A DNA stretch of 64,000 nt, from contig NW_026857949.1 of assembly GCF_026571515.1 (NCBI RefSeq), positions 1 through 64,000 of the forward strand, read 5' to 3'. Below are positions 14,601-26,951 of this stretch, in pieces. The notes under the pieces were generated by a model, which did no database searches, was not told the origin of the DNA, and saw only the letters and a program-made list of their open reading frames with translations. Made by a program: the position numbers and the translations under genes. This DNA is from Ruditapes philippinarum (taxonomy: Eukaryota). How positions within the stretch are numbered: position 1 is the first letter of the stretch; every line of letters starts with the position of its first letter.

Positions 14601-17600
14601 TAAAAGCAGAATGCAAAGTTCGCATTTTTATTTATCATATTATGTTGTAACAATTTTACAGATGCGAAACAATGTGTCTCTGTGAAAAGGGTATAGGCTA
14701 AAGGTTTCAACAGCACCGGCCGAAAAAGTGGAGATATAATTTCAGCAAGGGCAGGGCAATATGTATATATACATGTGTAGCGTTGTCAGACTATATGGAT
14801 AGTCGGGCCTCGGTGACAAAAATGATGAAATAACATTGTGTTTTTCAGTGTCTTAACATTCAGAAGATTACTTTTATTGTAAAATGTCTTTTTATAATAA
14901 TTTTTTTTTACAAAACTTCCATGGTAAAGTAAGTGAAATTTAGCATTGAGGAGATATTTACTTGAAGGATTGATTTTCAGAACAGAAATGCAAATACAAT
15001 GTATATAAATAATAATTATTCGTGTAAAATGTATTGCAATTTTGAATTATAATATGAATTTAGATAGATTCATACAACTTTATTCTTGGTACAGCTAACT
15101 TGTAAGAATATTTAATGGAATCTTACTTAAAGTAAAAAAAATATTTTATCATTAGTGGGTGGGGTAATGTTTTATACCAGTCTAAATGATGATGTATAGA
15201 TTATGCAGTGTTGCGACTTTTAGAATGTAATCAACATTGGTTGAAGTGTTTTGGATTAAATAAAGCATGTTTGTGTATTATTGTGTTACTTTGTTAATGA
15301 CCATATTTGCGTAGAATATCTGGGTTATTTAATTTCACAGATTTTTCTAATTGAAAACACATGATTTCAAAACATGACATTTTTAGCATTTTATACTTCG
15401 AATTTTTTTGAGGACTTTTCCTGTAGCAACACATATATAGTAGATAACAAATATGCAAATATCTTTTCTGAAGGAATTTGTTTGAGGTTGGGTCTTATTT
15501 TTGGCTAAAATGCCTAGCCTATATATCAATGGTAGGATACTACGTCATCGCGCACCTGCTGAATGCTCCCACTTGGACCATTTTTTTGTCGATTCGAAGG
15601 TAAAATTCAATTTTATTATAAGAAAACGTAAGAGTATTAAAAAATCATGTAGTGCACCAAAGAATGGCTATAGTACTTGAGATAATTGTAAAAAAAGTTT
15701 ATAGATTTATTGCCTGGTTTAAGCCTGAAAACGGGATAAGTGTTTTTCTCTGAATGCTCCCACTCGGACTTTTCCCGAAACATATATGAAATAAGGTTGA
15801 AAACCTTCTTGAAAATTATTTTCAATGTACCAGAATATAAACCGAGTCATGTTTACACATTTTTCTATATTAGTTTCAAATATTTCTATTCCAAAGTCAG
15901 TCTTTTAAAGTTTTTTTTATCGAAATGGAAAATGCTCCCACTCGGACCCAAATACATACATTTTGAAAGCACATTGATGTGCCAAGCTTTTATGGATTAT
16001 TCTTACAATTTTTAAATCATTTTGTCAATATTTACTGTGTTTGGCGACATTAACTTTTACCTTCTTTTTACACAGATCTCTTCTTACGTCGTTGGGTAGG
16101 ACCCGGTGCCATGGCAAAGTTTCAACTGACAGGATCACTTTACAAAAAGGTGCACTTGGCTTGTGTTGGATTCGAAGGGATGATTCAAAATTATTGCCAA
16201 CAACAAAGATAGGACTATAAGACTTTAAATGGACAGTTTGGATCTCAAGAATAAAGTTTCTTTTGAGATGTTAAAACAATGGTGGTGTTTTATAAAGAAA
16301 TTATTATACATTGTTTAGTACCATACTGGATTAAGATTCTGTTGTACTCGTACACATATTAGAGGCCTGCATTTATTCAATAATTGCTGATCTTGTTAAT
16401 AATTTAAAACCCAATGATTTGCGTGTTTGTTAAACTTGTGATTTAGATTTTATAGCATTATAATAGTACGTTTATGAACATAAAGAAGTCAATATCTATC
16501 GGTTGATTTGAATAGTTTATTAAAGAACAACATGTGAATCATTTTTGTCATGAACTAGTTAATAAGTCAATGTACTGCCATACCATGGCATATAAAGCAT
16601 GCATCACAGTTATTGACAACTTTGACATTTTTAAATATGAAAGTTATCATATGTACGTATTTTTACCGAAAATAACAAAGTTAAATAAATGAGAAAACAA
16701 AGATCACAGTTATTTCTTTATCACAGTCTTTACCATATCTTTGTAACTACAATGGAAATTTTATATATATGTATATAAATATGCTACTAAAACAATTTTC
16801 AAACATTAAGGAATATGTGAAATACGTACTGCAAATGCTTGTCCACATTATATGTAATCATTGAAATATACATGTATGCATTCATTTCTTATTTAAGAAT
16901 TCAACTTACACTTAAAAGAAAATATATTTCTAATTTCCTCCCTTTATGAAATATAAGTTCGGTATCATCTTTACAAATAATGCTTTTTGGAACATACAAT
17001 ATTGATAAATCTTCATTTGAGCATTATATTTATTGTATAAAACCAAAATTGATTTCAGGATATTTAAATGACGTTAAAATAATAACAATCATACAATGGG
17101 GAATCAAAGACAGTAAAATCCCCCGCCGAAAAGGAGGAAATACATTTCATAGGGGATGTAACCCTTACATACATGTAAAAATCCAAGTAATGCCACTCGT
17201 GAAAATTAATGAAAAGTTATAGTCTAGAAATAATAAATCATGACAAAAATAACACTCCTGAAAAAAAACAAAGAAAAAAACAACAACAAAGAAGCATTAA
17301 GTGAACACTTCTGTGCCTTATGCTCTGCTTTTCACTTTTATCTGCACTGTCCCAGTGTTGTTTTCTTTAATTAAAAACAGCATACGGAAGTTTTGTTTAA
17401 TATAAAGTTTCAAGTCTATATCTCAAATACCTTTGGAGGTATGGTCCTTGCAAACTAATAATAGTGAATACAAAGGGCAATAACTCCAAAACTGGAGAGT
17501 TGTTATTCTTGTTTGTGGTACATCTATCCTGCAGTGAAGTCTCAGATGAATTGATCCTTTATGACACATTGTCCAATGATTAACGCAAAAACTGAACAAA

Positions 17601-20600
17601 AGACAATTACTTCAAAGAGCTACAATTCTTTGTTTTCTAGAGTATTCCTCCTTACTGAGATATATCTGTAGTAAGCAAGTCTACAAGATATAATAAGCCA
17701 CGCCTTTAATATCAAATATCGTTATTGTTACTGTGTGTATGTTTACTTGATGTTTGGGAGTTTATGAGTGTATACTTGGATGCAACACATATAATAAAAT
17801 ATATAAACCATCCTTCGGGTCTTGTTTAGTTTGTGTGCTAGTAAGCCATCCAAATAGAAAATATGAATGTTACATTGGCGACGAGGATCGGATACTAAAA
17901 AAAAAAAAAAAAAACAAACTGCGGATTAATTTAAACTGACTCTGTGAAAAAAAAAAACAGATTTGAAATTTGAAAATGGATAATTTACCTGCTTTTCCGA
18001 AATTCGATGTTTTTGCTGATGAAAATTCTCTGGGAGTACGATGGGAAAAGTATTTGGATAAATTAGAAAACTTATTTGTTGGACTGGGTATAAACACTAG
18101 AAAACGAAAAAAAGCACTGTTACTTCATTATGCAGGAGATGATGTTTACGATATCTATGATACATTGAATTTAAGAGAAGACAATGAAAACTACGAAGAA
18201 ACGAAAATTGGATTAACAGCATACTTTAAGCCAAGAAAAAACACACAATTTGAAATATTCGAATTTCGTAATATGAAGCAACTGCATGGGGAATCTATCG
18301 ACCAGTTTACAACAAGATTACGCCAGAAAGCTAAGAATTGTGAATTTTCGGACATTGACTCAGAAATTAAAAGCCAGATCATACAGGGTGTTATTTCACA
18401 AAACATGAGAATGCAGTGTTTACAAGATCCGGATAGATCACTTAATGACTTACTTACAAAAATGAGAACCATGGAAATATCAAAAACTCAAGCAGCAAAT
18501 ATGTCAAAGGATACAAGTAGTCAGCAAGTAGTGCGGGTAAAAAGCAATCCTCGATTTAGCCGTCAATCAAAGGGATTCGCACCTAAACGTTATCAGCAAC
18601 GTTCATATCAAACTATCCCAGAAGCAAGTTTGTCGTCGGGAAGGCGAAACTACCCTCCAGAACGAAATAAAAAATGCCGAAATTGTGGAGGAAGGTATCC
18701 CCATATGTCACGTTGTCCTGCTATCGGAGCGGAATGTAATTACTGTCATAAGAAGAATCATTTTATATCGGTCTGCAGAAAACGTCAAAACAAGGTGAAG
18801 TTAATCGATGATGAACAGTCGGATTCACAAGTTTTATCAGAGGCAAGCACGTCGAGTGTTAGTTCAAATGAGTGCGATGTTTTATTTGGATTTAAAATAT
18901 CAGATGGAAAAAAAGTGCCAAAGAAATGCATTAAATTAAATGGAGTAGATGTTTATGTGTTGATAGATAGCGGTTCATCGTTAAATATTATTAGCGAAAT
19001 CGACCTCGAGAAAATGAAAATTCGTCCAGAAATCAAGAAAACGAAAACAAAAGCATTCGCATTCGGGCAGAAATCTCCACTTCCATTCATAGGCAAATGT
19101 TCCCTGCTTGTGGAGTCGGACTCAAAATTTATGACAAAAGATTTCCATATCGTTAAAGGCAACAAAGAATCATTGATCAGTTATGAATTATCGGTAGAGC
19201 TTGGGATTTTACCGCAAATACAATTAGTTCAAAAATCAGTTCAAAGCAAAGACGCATATTCAGGACTTCTTGAAGAATATTCTCAAGTTTTCACAGGCTT
19301 AGGATGTCTGAAAGACAGAAAAGTTAAGTTTCATATTGATGAGAGTGTTGTACCTGTCGCTCAACCGCCTAGGAGAGTTCCATTTCATGTACGTTCGCAA
19401 GTCGAAAAGGAACTGAAAAGTTTAGAGGAAATGGATGTTATTGAAAAGGTTATAGGTTTACCGACACCATGGGTTTCGAACTTAGTAGCGGCTCCGAAAC
19501 CTAATGCTCCGCATGAAGTGAGAGTGTGCGTAGATATGAGAAAAGCTAACACCGCAATCAAAACAGAGAAAAATGTTTGCCCGACGGTAGATGATATCAT
19601 CTTGACGTTAAACGGCGCAACTGTATTTTCACGTCTAGATCTGTACAAAGCTTTCCATCAAATTGAATTAGATGAAGCATTACATGTAATGACAACGTTT
19701 CAGACACATATTGGACTTTTTCGGTATAAACGTCTAAATTTCAGGGTGTCCGCAGCACCGATAATTTTCCAAAACGAGCTTCGTCAAGCACTTCAATGTC
19801 TAAAAGGCATATTGAATATTGCCAACAACATCGTATGTTTTGGTAAGACACATGAGGAACACGATGCCAATCTTTGAGCTTTTCTTCAACGTCTCCAAGA
19901 TCGAAACCTCACACTGAACAGCCAAAAATGTTCATTCAGACAATCTATAATCTAGTTCTACGGATACGTATACGTATTTTCCGAATCCGGAATTTCACCC
20001 GATCCTGACAAAGTAAATGCAGTGAAAAATATGGACAGACCAAAATCAATATCCGAAATCCGTTCATTTCTGGGTCTCACGAACTATTTGTCTAAGTTCA
20101 TAGATGGCTATTCAAGCTTAACAGAACCATTAAGACGACTTACACATAAAGGTGTAAAATTTGAATGGACTGCCGACCAAGAAAAATCGTTCACATCATT
20201 AAAAGATACCTTAATTAGTGATAAGGTCATGACATATTTCGATCCTAGAAAGGAAACTGAACTCTGGGTCGACGGAAGTCCAGTTGGATGCTCAGGAATA
20301 CTTATTCAAAACGGCAAAATAGTATCATATGGAAGCAAAGCATACAATTCGGTTCAGACGCGATATTCTCAAACAGAAAGAGAAGCTTTGAGTGCTGTCA
20401 TCATGATTCAGCATTTCCATTTGTATTTATTCGGCAAGAAATTTAAACTGATAACAGATCATGCTGCACTTCAGTCAATCTTCAACAATATCAAGACAAT
20501 ACAATCACCAAGATTAGAACGTTGGCGTTTGAAGTTGACAACGTATGATTTTCAGACAGTTTATAGACCAGGTAAAATGATGATATCAGATTATCTTTCC

Positions 20601-23600
20601 AGGCATCCACATGCAAGACACGAAACAAATACAGTAGCCGAGCAGTATATCAGCTTTATTACTGATAACGCTTTGCCAGATGCATTGAAGCTGTCAGATG
20701 TAGCAAAAGCTACCGAAACGGACTGTATATTAAGCTGTGTAAGAAATGCGTTAGAACAAAATGACTGGGAAACTCAAAAATGCAAATTAGATGAAAATTT
20801 TCGGTTATACGAGAATTTGAATAAAAATCAAGAACTTGCAGTTGCATATACGGAAGATGGATTTGTGCTTTTACGGGGTACAAAACTTTGCATACCAGGA
20901 AGTCTGCAAAAACAAACTGTTATGCTTTCGCATGAAGGTCACCAAGGCCAATCAAAATGCAAAGGATTATTACGTGAGTATTGCTGGTTTCCACATATGG
21001 ATAGAATGGTGGAAGAAATGTGTAGATCATGCATTGTATGCCAAGCTGCATCAACAAGAATTATTCCAGACCCGATCAAATCAACATCACTACCACGAGA
21101 TGTGTTTTCTGAAGTCAGTTGTGACTTTTGTGGTCCTTTTCCAGACGGTTACATGTTACTAGTTGTTATATGTGACTACAGTAGATTTCCAGTAGTTGAA
21201 AGAATCAAATCGACAGCCGCAGATACAGTCATACCGCGATTAGAGGCGATATTTTCAATATTCGGATATCCAGAGGTAGTGAAAACGGACAATGGACCTC
21301 CGTTTCAAAGTCGCGCATTCAGAGAATTTGCTGATAATTCGGGATTCAAACATAAACGAATCACTCCATTGCACCCACAGGCAAATGGAATAGTTGAGAG
21401 ATTTATGGCGCCACTGCAAAAAGCAATTAAAACAGCGATAGCGTCTAGACAAGATTATAAAAGAGCGTTAAGTAGATATCTTATGAATTTTCGGAACACA
21501 CCACAAACAACTACACAAACAGCTCCTAGTGAATTAATGTTCAATCGTAAACTAAAGACAAAATTACCAAAGATGACATTTGATAACAAAGATACAGATA
21601 TTCGAGACAGGGACAGTCTTTCAAAAACGAAAAACAAAATATACGCTGATGAGAAACGTAGAGCTCAGCGAAATAATTTGAAACTGGGAGATCGTGTGTT
21701 ATTAAAACGGGAACAACGGAATAAGTTTGAAACAGCTTTTGACCCTACCCCCGGGATAATCATCGCTATGAAAGGATCTATGCTTACAATCAAACATAAA
21801 GGAAAAGAAATCACACGGGACGTTTCCAAATTTAGATATGTTCATGGAGATCAAGAGCCGGTGCAGACGAAACCTGCAGATAATACATCTTTACCTAGAA
21901 ATAGGCCGCAGAGGAAACGCCGACCGCCGAGACGTTATGAAGATTAAAAGAAAAAAAAAGAAAATGGTTTAATCTATGATACCATTTCTCGTTACAGCTA
22001 TTAGGGTTAATGACTCAAATGTGTGGGCCATAATAATGCCCTAATTATATTCGCTATCATAGCAGTGTATAATTTATATCCGCTTGCTGGATTTATTAAT
22101 CTTAGGAAAAAATGATAACGTATGTGAGAACATTCTATTATTCGTGAAATTAATACTTTTGGTTTTTATTAAATTACCTTATAATTGGTTTTTGTGTGGT
22201 AGAACGGAAAAACAAATCATTCTTTTGATAACAATGCTAGTTGTTTGAACAAATGTTGTGATAATAATGTAATTTGCTTGATATTTTGTGACATTCCGAA
22301 AAATAGAAAAGATATGACAATTAACAATTACATTATATTTAACATTACTTCGTTGAAACAGATGCCTAGTACACTGATTAGAGTAAATCGCATTGGTTAA
22401 TGAACTCTGCTGAAAAAGGAGAAGAGTTTATAACAATAGACTTGCTATATAGTTTATTTCATACGGAAAAAATATTTCTTATTACAATATGTTTGCACAT
22501 TTAAATTTTAAGTTTTGATGATTTAAGTTTATTGATTTTATTGATGAGTTCTAAACTAAAGATAGAGGAGGATGTAGTAAGCAAGTCTACAAGATATAAT
22601 AAGCCACGCCTTTAATATCAAATATCGTTATTGTTACTGTGTGTATGTTTACTTGATGTTTGGGAGTTTATGAGTGTATACTTGGATGCAACACATATAA
22701 TAAAATATATAAACCATCCTTCGGGTCTTGTTTAGTTTGTGTGCTAGTAAGCCATCCAAATAGAAAATATGAATGTTACAATATCCACAGTTGGTATCTG
22801 AAATATTTGCTTCAGCTATGCCGTGCCAAGATGTCCTACCATGTGCTTTATTACGTCGCAATGTGGTTTATACCTTTTCCCATACTGGTCACAAACACAA
22901 ATACTTTCTGCAAAACAAAATATTATATATATAATTTATATTTAATATATTTTTAAAATGTATAATCAATTTGTTTTTTATTTCAACGACTCTATTTAAC
23001 GAGGAATTGTTTCAAACACAACCTTTTTTCCTTATTCTTAGGCCGATAACTGATCCTCTAAGAAGACATATTTACGAGACTGTTATGATACAATGTGTCA
23101 AAATTTAGTGATCTAAGTATTAGTATCGTATTTTCATTGAATTCTAACTGATAATATGAATATATGAACTTGAATAAATAATATACAGATAGTTTGAAAA
23201 AATTATAAATTCTTAACACAGCAATGTGTTTTCAAAATTTGTATATATTTAGGTCCGAGTGGGAGCATCTCTGAAGATGAGTCCGAGTGGGAGCATTTTC
23301 CATTTTTATAAAAAGAATTAAGAAAAACTGATTTCTGAATAGAAATATTTGAAACTAATCTAGAAAAATTGATAAACATGACTCGGTTTATGTTCCGGTA
23401 CGTTAAAAATAAATTTCAAGAAGGTTTTCAACCTTATTTCATATATGTTTCGGGAAAAGTCCGAGTGGGAGCATTCAGAGAAAAACACTTATCCCGTTTT
23501 CAGGCTTAAACCAGGCAATAAATCTATAAACTTTTTTTACAATTATCTCAAGTACTATAGCCATTCTTTGGTGCGCTACATGATTTTTTAATACTCTTAC

Positions 23601-24518
23601 GTTTTCTTATAAGAAAATTGTATTTTACCTTCGAATCGACGAAAAAATGGTCCAAGTGGGAGCTTTCAGCAGGTGCGCGATGACGTAGTATCCTACCATT
23701 GTATATATTACTGACTGATCAGCATAAACTTTAAACAACTATTTAAAAGGACCTAATTGGTACGAATCGTTAGTAAAACTTTCGTTCTGAGGTACAATAT
23801 AATAGAATAATTTTTTCAAACGTTTCTCCGGGATGATTAGTTCTTGCTGTTGTCCGCATTCCATTAAGAATAATTTAATTTATAACTAGAGTCAAATTAA
23901 AGAGAGAAAAAACGGAATTCCTAAAAAAGGAACAAAAACATCCGCTCGACATACGGCGGTTATCATGTGACACGATGTGCCATTCCATAAAAAGCGGCGT
24001 ATGGTCCTCATGTAAAATAATGCGTATCCCTAAACGAAAGAAAAAGGCGGAAATAAATAAAATGGAATTTCGACAGGGTGTCAGTGGTTATGAAATCTGC
24101 ATATCACAGACAAGAGTCTAAAGATAAATTTATAAAGCAGACAACATATAATCCTAAGGTTGATGCATATTCAAGTACAAAATAGTACAGTAAACATGTA
24201 GTACTGATTTTGGATATAATTTAAATAGATTAATTCTCAATGAGTATTTTGTTTGCTTAGTGTAATATAATTAAAAGTACAAAACTTTTTATTACATTTT
24301 GAATAATAAACTAATCCTTATAATAAGATTGAATTACATATAAAACTCGTGTTTAGCTACATGTTTATTTCAAAATTATGAAACAATAATTCTAAGTGTA
24401 CCTGTTCCAAAAGCATTGTTCGTCTGCCACATTTTGCCAGATAATAAGCCGTGGAAGATCCTTCAACGCCGGCCCCTACCACTATGACGTCATAAACTGT
24501 ATCCGCGCCCTCCATCAT
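8661..24518 (-). CDS. PIPOX: Peroxisomal sarcosine oxidase / L-pipecolate oxidase-like, paralogue 1 (8 exons; exon 7 garbled)
   Basis: Exons on -: 24518-24402 ([29 protein letters not shown], GxGxxG FAD motif), 12502-12351 ([18 protein letters not shown]), 12185-11972, 11344-11162, 10631-10482, 10042-9893 (ESCIYT), ~9045-8976 (damaged), 8782-8661 ([11 protein letters not shown]...QTKL*). Exon sizes and phases match the + paralogue. Confidence 0.9.
13309..13572 (-). mobile_element. tRNA-derived SINE remnant
   Basis: Minus-strand head with A-box-like (ggttgagtgtttaagg) and B-box-like (ggttcgagtcc) motifs. Tail is shared with the other SINE copies. Confidence 0.5.
14039..14301. mobile_element. 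Possible Tc1/mariner-type MITE remnant
   Basis: Right end actttccggacagccctcg+TA resembles a mariner TIR (TA-CGAGGGCTGTCCGGAAAGT). The left end is only weakly similar. Confidence 0.3.
15527..15980 (+). repeat. Left terminal inverted repeat
   Basis: Reverse complement of ~23218-23701. Contains 3 copies of ATGCTCCCACT(C/T)GGAC. Confidence 0.88.
17667..17874 (+). repeat. 5' LTR
   Basis: TGTAGTAAGC...GAATGTTACA. Identical by eye to the 3' LTR and contains AATAAA. Confidence 0.96.
17876..17893 (+). promoter_or_regulatory. Primer binding site, complementary to the 3' end of tRNA-Ser(GCU)
   Basis: TGGCGACGAGGATcGGAT lies 1 nt after the 5' LTR. It complements ...ATCC(C)ATCCTCGTCGCCA, the metazoan tRNA-Ser(GCU) 3' end as I recall it. 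Confidence 0.75.
17976..21947 (+). pseudogene. Gag-Pol polyprotein (single frame, ~1323 codons) with two in-frame stops and a dead RT active site
   Basis: Tandem zinc knuckles [14 protein letters not shown] / [14 protein letters not shown]; protease LIDSGS; RT VCVDMR but IANNI in place of xxDD; RNase H WVDGS; integrase HEGH..C..C, DFCG, TDNG, VERF. Track ORFs 17970-19877 and 20022-21947 share a frame, interrupted by TGA 19875-77 and TAG 19953-55. Confidence 0.92.
22558..22572 (+). promoter_or_regulatory. Polypurine tract
   Basis: AAAGATAGAGGAGGA immediately before the 3' LTR. Confidence 0.8.
22573..22780 (+). repeat. 3' LTR
   Basis: 208 bp, identical to the 5' LTR, followed by TSD ATATC. 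Confidence 0.96.
23218..23701 (-). repeat. Right terminal inverted repeat
   Basis: Reverse complement of 15527-15980. Contains 4 copies of GTCC(G/A)AGTGGGAGC. Confidence 0.88.
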
Positions 24519-25150
24519 TCAACTTGACACGAAAGGATTAAAACATTTTAAAATATTGCATAAAATAGATAACACTTTACATAAAGTCGTTTTTAAACAT
24601 GCATATACATACAAAGTTACGTGGTATGTACACGTGATATTAAACTTCATAACATACAGGAAGGACATTTCTTTGCATCCCACCAGATAATTATTGTAAA
24701 TTTTCATGACCGCAAATGTTATGAAACTATCATCTCAGGTATTCCCTCCACTTATATCTTACAAACTTCTTTCGGTATCGTTTATTATTGTTTGTAAAGC
24801 CAATCTCTTTGTATTATCATTGTCCGAGTGCGTGCGTGCACGCGTGCGTGTGTGTGTGTTTAGGTTTATTTACCTCCGCCACCGTAAACAATACCATAAG
24901 GGCGACGTTTCATTTCATTTATGAATTAACAATCTTTAGAAGGATCTGGTATTATATACCTGACACTTATATATGTGTATGTGTTTATGTGCTTACCGTA
25001 TATCCCATTAAAAAGGACATCTCTTAGTACGAACAGTGATTTGGACATAGGATGGATAATTAACGGTAAACCATATATTACAGTCATATGCGCGCATGTG
25101 ACCAACAACAATAGTTATTTGTGATTCTCAACAATTTTCATTATCAAATA

Positions 25151-25308
25151 CATAGGGACCCGGCACAGTGTTGGGATTGTGTAAAAAAGTAATTCTAGAA
25201 AAAATATATAGTTTATATGTAATATATAGACATTATATATAAACTGTATTTTTTTTCTAGAATTACTTTTTTATACTATCCCACCACTGTGCACCCCGGG
25301 TCCCTTTG
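25151..25308. mobile_element. Palindromic MITE with 8-bp TSD (P- or hAT-type termini)
   Basis: CATAGGGACCCGG...CCGGGTCCCTTTG, nearly all self-complementary. Flanked by ATCAAATA on both sides (25143-50, 25309-16). Confidence 0.8.
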
Positions 25309-25492
25309 ATCAAATACATTAAGATATCCATAAACATCAACCAGGCCTTTTTTAACTTGTCATATCTTATGCTATATAAAAGTAAACTCACTATATAAAC
25401 AATTTGTTCTTATGTAACCAGAAAGACAATGTGATCATATTTTTTTATCTTTCAATGTATACCCAGTTTTTCACATAATAACATCGGTTTAA

Positions 25493-26000
25493 AGGGATAC
25501 TCAGGCAAAATAATGGCAAAAATATAAAAATGATTTTCTGTACTCAAATCACCCTAAAATGACATTTCTTAAAGTCCCAACATGAATTTCTGTATAAATT
25601 CTATATATTTTGGGTTTGAAGTTTAAATATATCTATATATGTTGAACGCAATTTTGACGCGAACAGAATCACCGAATAGTTTAAAAACAAGTCATGCGAT
25701 TTGAACAAACCCTGGAAGTTACAATAACAAATATTGTGGATATTGTATGATTGAAACAAGTCTAAGTAATTGATTTGACATGTTTTTTAACGTTTTCAGA
25801 GTACAGAGTGACAACTATTGTGAAATTTTAGCGCTCTAACCTGACCCACGTGGGTCAAGTTAGGAAAACACCATTTTATTCTTTATATGGAGAAAAGTTT
25901 TGTTCCTTTGACTGTTTAGTGTATTCATTTTGAGGACATTTACAGAATAATGAATGAAAATTTCAAAACTAAGAAATGAAAATTTTGCCTGTGTCTCCCT
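25493..26000. mobile_element. Non-autonomous TTAA-target DNA transposon (Kolobok-like)
   Basis: TTAA|AGGGATACTCAGGCAAAA...TTTTGCCTGTGTCTCCCT|TTAA: imperfect 18-bp TIR, TTAA TSD, purine-purine terminus. Confidence 0.7.
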
Positions 26001-26951
26001 TTAACAGTTAGCTACATGTATTTTAATAGACGGCTTGATAACAATCTCTGGCGAATTTCAGGAATTTCATGCTTATTTAGTGAGAACAGAAAGCTGTTTA
26101 CTGATAAACCCTAGAACATGTTTCAAAGGGAAGTTATTTCACATTTACCAGACATTTACTACTAAAATAAGCCATCTTTGGGCGGTAACTGGAGTTATAA
26201 GATAAACATTTAATCATTCGGAACTGCCTCGGCTATTATCTACAATATTAACCTCGGAAACAATACGGATTGAAAGTAGTTCTACCACGTGGTTTACTGA
26301 TGTAAACAGAAACAGAGATAATGTAAAACGAATGTATATATGTGACACCTAATGTCTGTTCCGGTACTTTTATGCTTGAAAATATGTCCGACAACAATTT
26401 GTTATTTAAATATGCCCTCTGATGTTCAATTTTAAATAAATCCGACCAAATGTCAACAGGTTGGTTTTTTGTACTTTCGGTTTCACAGCCATATTAGTAA
26501 ATATATAAATAATGTATTGTTTGCTTTTGTACCTATTAATTCACTTATTTCAGGTGGACTTTTACTACATATATTGGAAATAAACGTGTCAACAACTCCC
26601 AGCATTAAATTACTATTTGTTTACATGTTTAGTTTCTTAGCGTACATGTAGGTTAGACCGGAATACCGCATCCGTTCTGTGTATTCATACTATTGTGTTC
26701 GAGGTCCTTATCCGAAGACTGACGGAAAGGGCCGAGTAGTTGCGATTGACATTTAATAAAATAAAACATACCCCTTTTCAGTATAGAAAGTTTGGTATGC
26801 GACTATATTAACGTGCAAGTATAAATCTTGCAGTATAAATGTAGTTAGATAGTACATTGTATTGAAGTAATATCTATGTATATGTAAACACTGATAATAG
26901 CTATACATATATATGAAAACTCATAACACAGGATATTCTGCCAAGTTAAAC

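Larger units (their letters stand above)
17667..22780 (+). mobile_element. Full-length Ty3/gypsy LTR retrotransposon, Mag-like lineage
   Basis: 208-bp TG...CA LTRs at 17667-17874 and 22573-22780, with 5-bp TSD ATATC (17662-17666, 22781-22785), PBS and PPT. Domain order Gag-PR-RT-RH-IN in one frame. Confidence 0.96.
15527..23701. mobile_element. Non-autonomous long-TIR DNA transposon (8.2 kb; ~3.1 kb without the nested LTR element) in PIPOX-1 intron 1
   Basis: Termini CAATGGTAGGATACTACGTCATCGCGCACCTGCTGAA...TTCAGCAGGTGCGCGATGACGTAGTATCCTACCATTG. Inverted repeats are ~450-480 bp and both flanks read TATATAT. No transposase ORF seen. Confidence 0.88.

Noticed and set aside
19875-20021. Programmed readthrough or frameshift between the two retroelement ORFs
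   Set aside because: The stops fall inside the RT domain rather than at a gag/pol boundary, there are two of them, and the catalytic DD is also mutated.
21948-22557. env-like or accessory gene after integrase
   Set aside because: AT-rich with no ORF of meaningful length.
17754-22956. Duplicated small ORFs [10 protein letters not shown]... (17754 and 22660)
   Set aside because: They are the two LTR copies translated from a non-ATG start.
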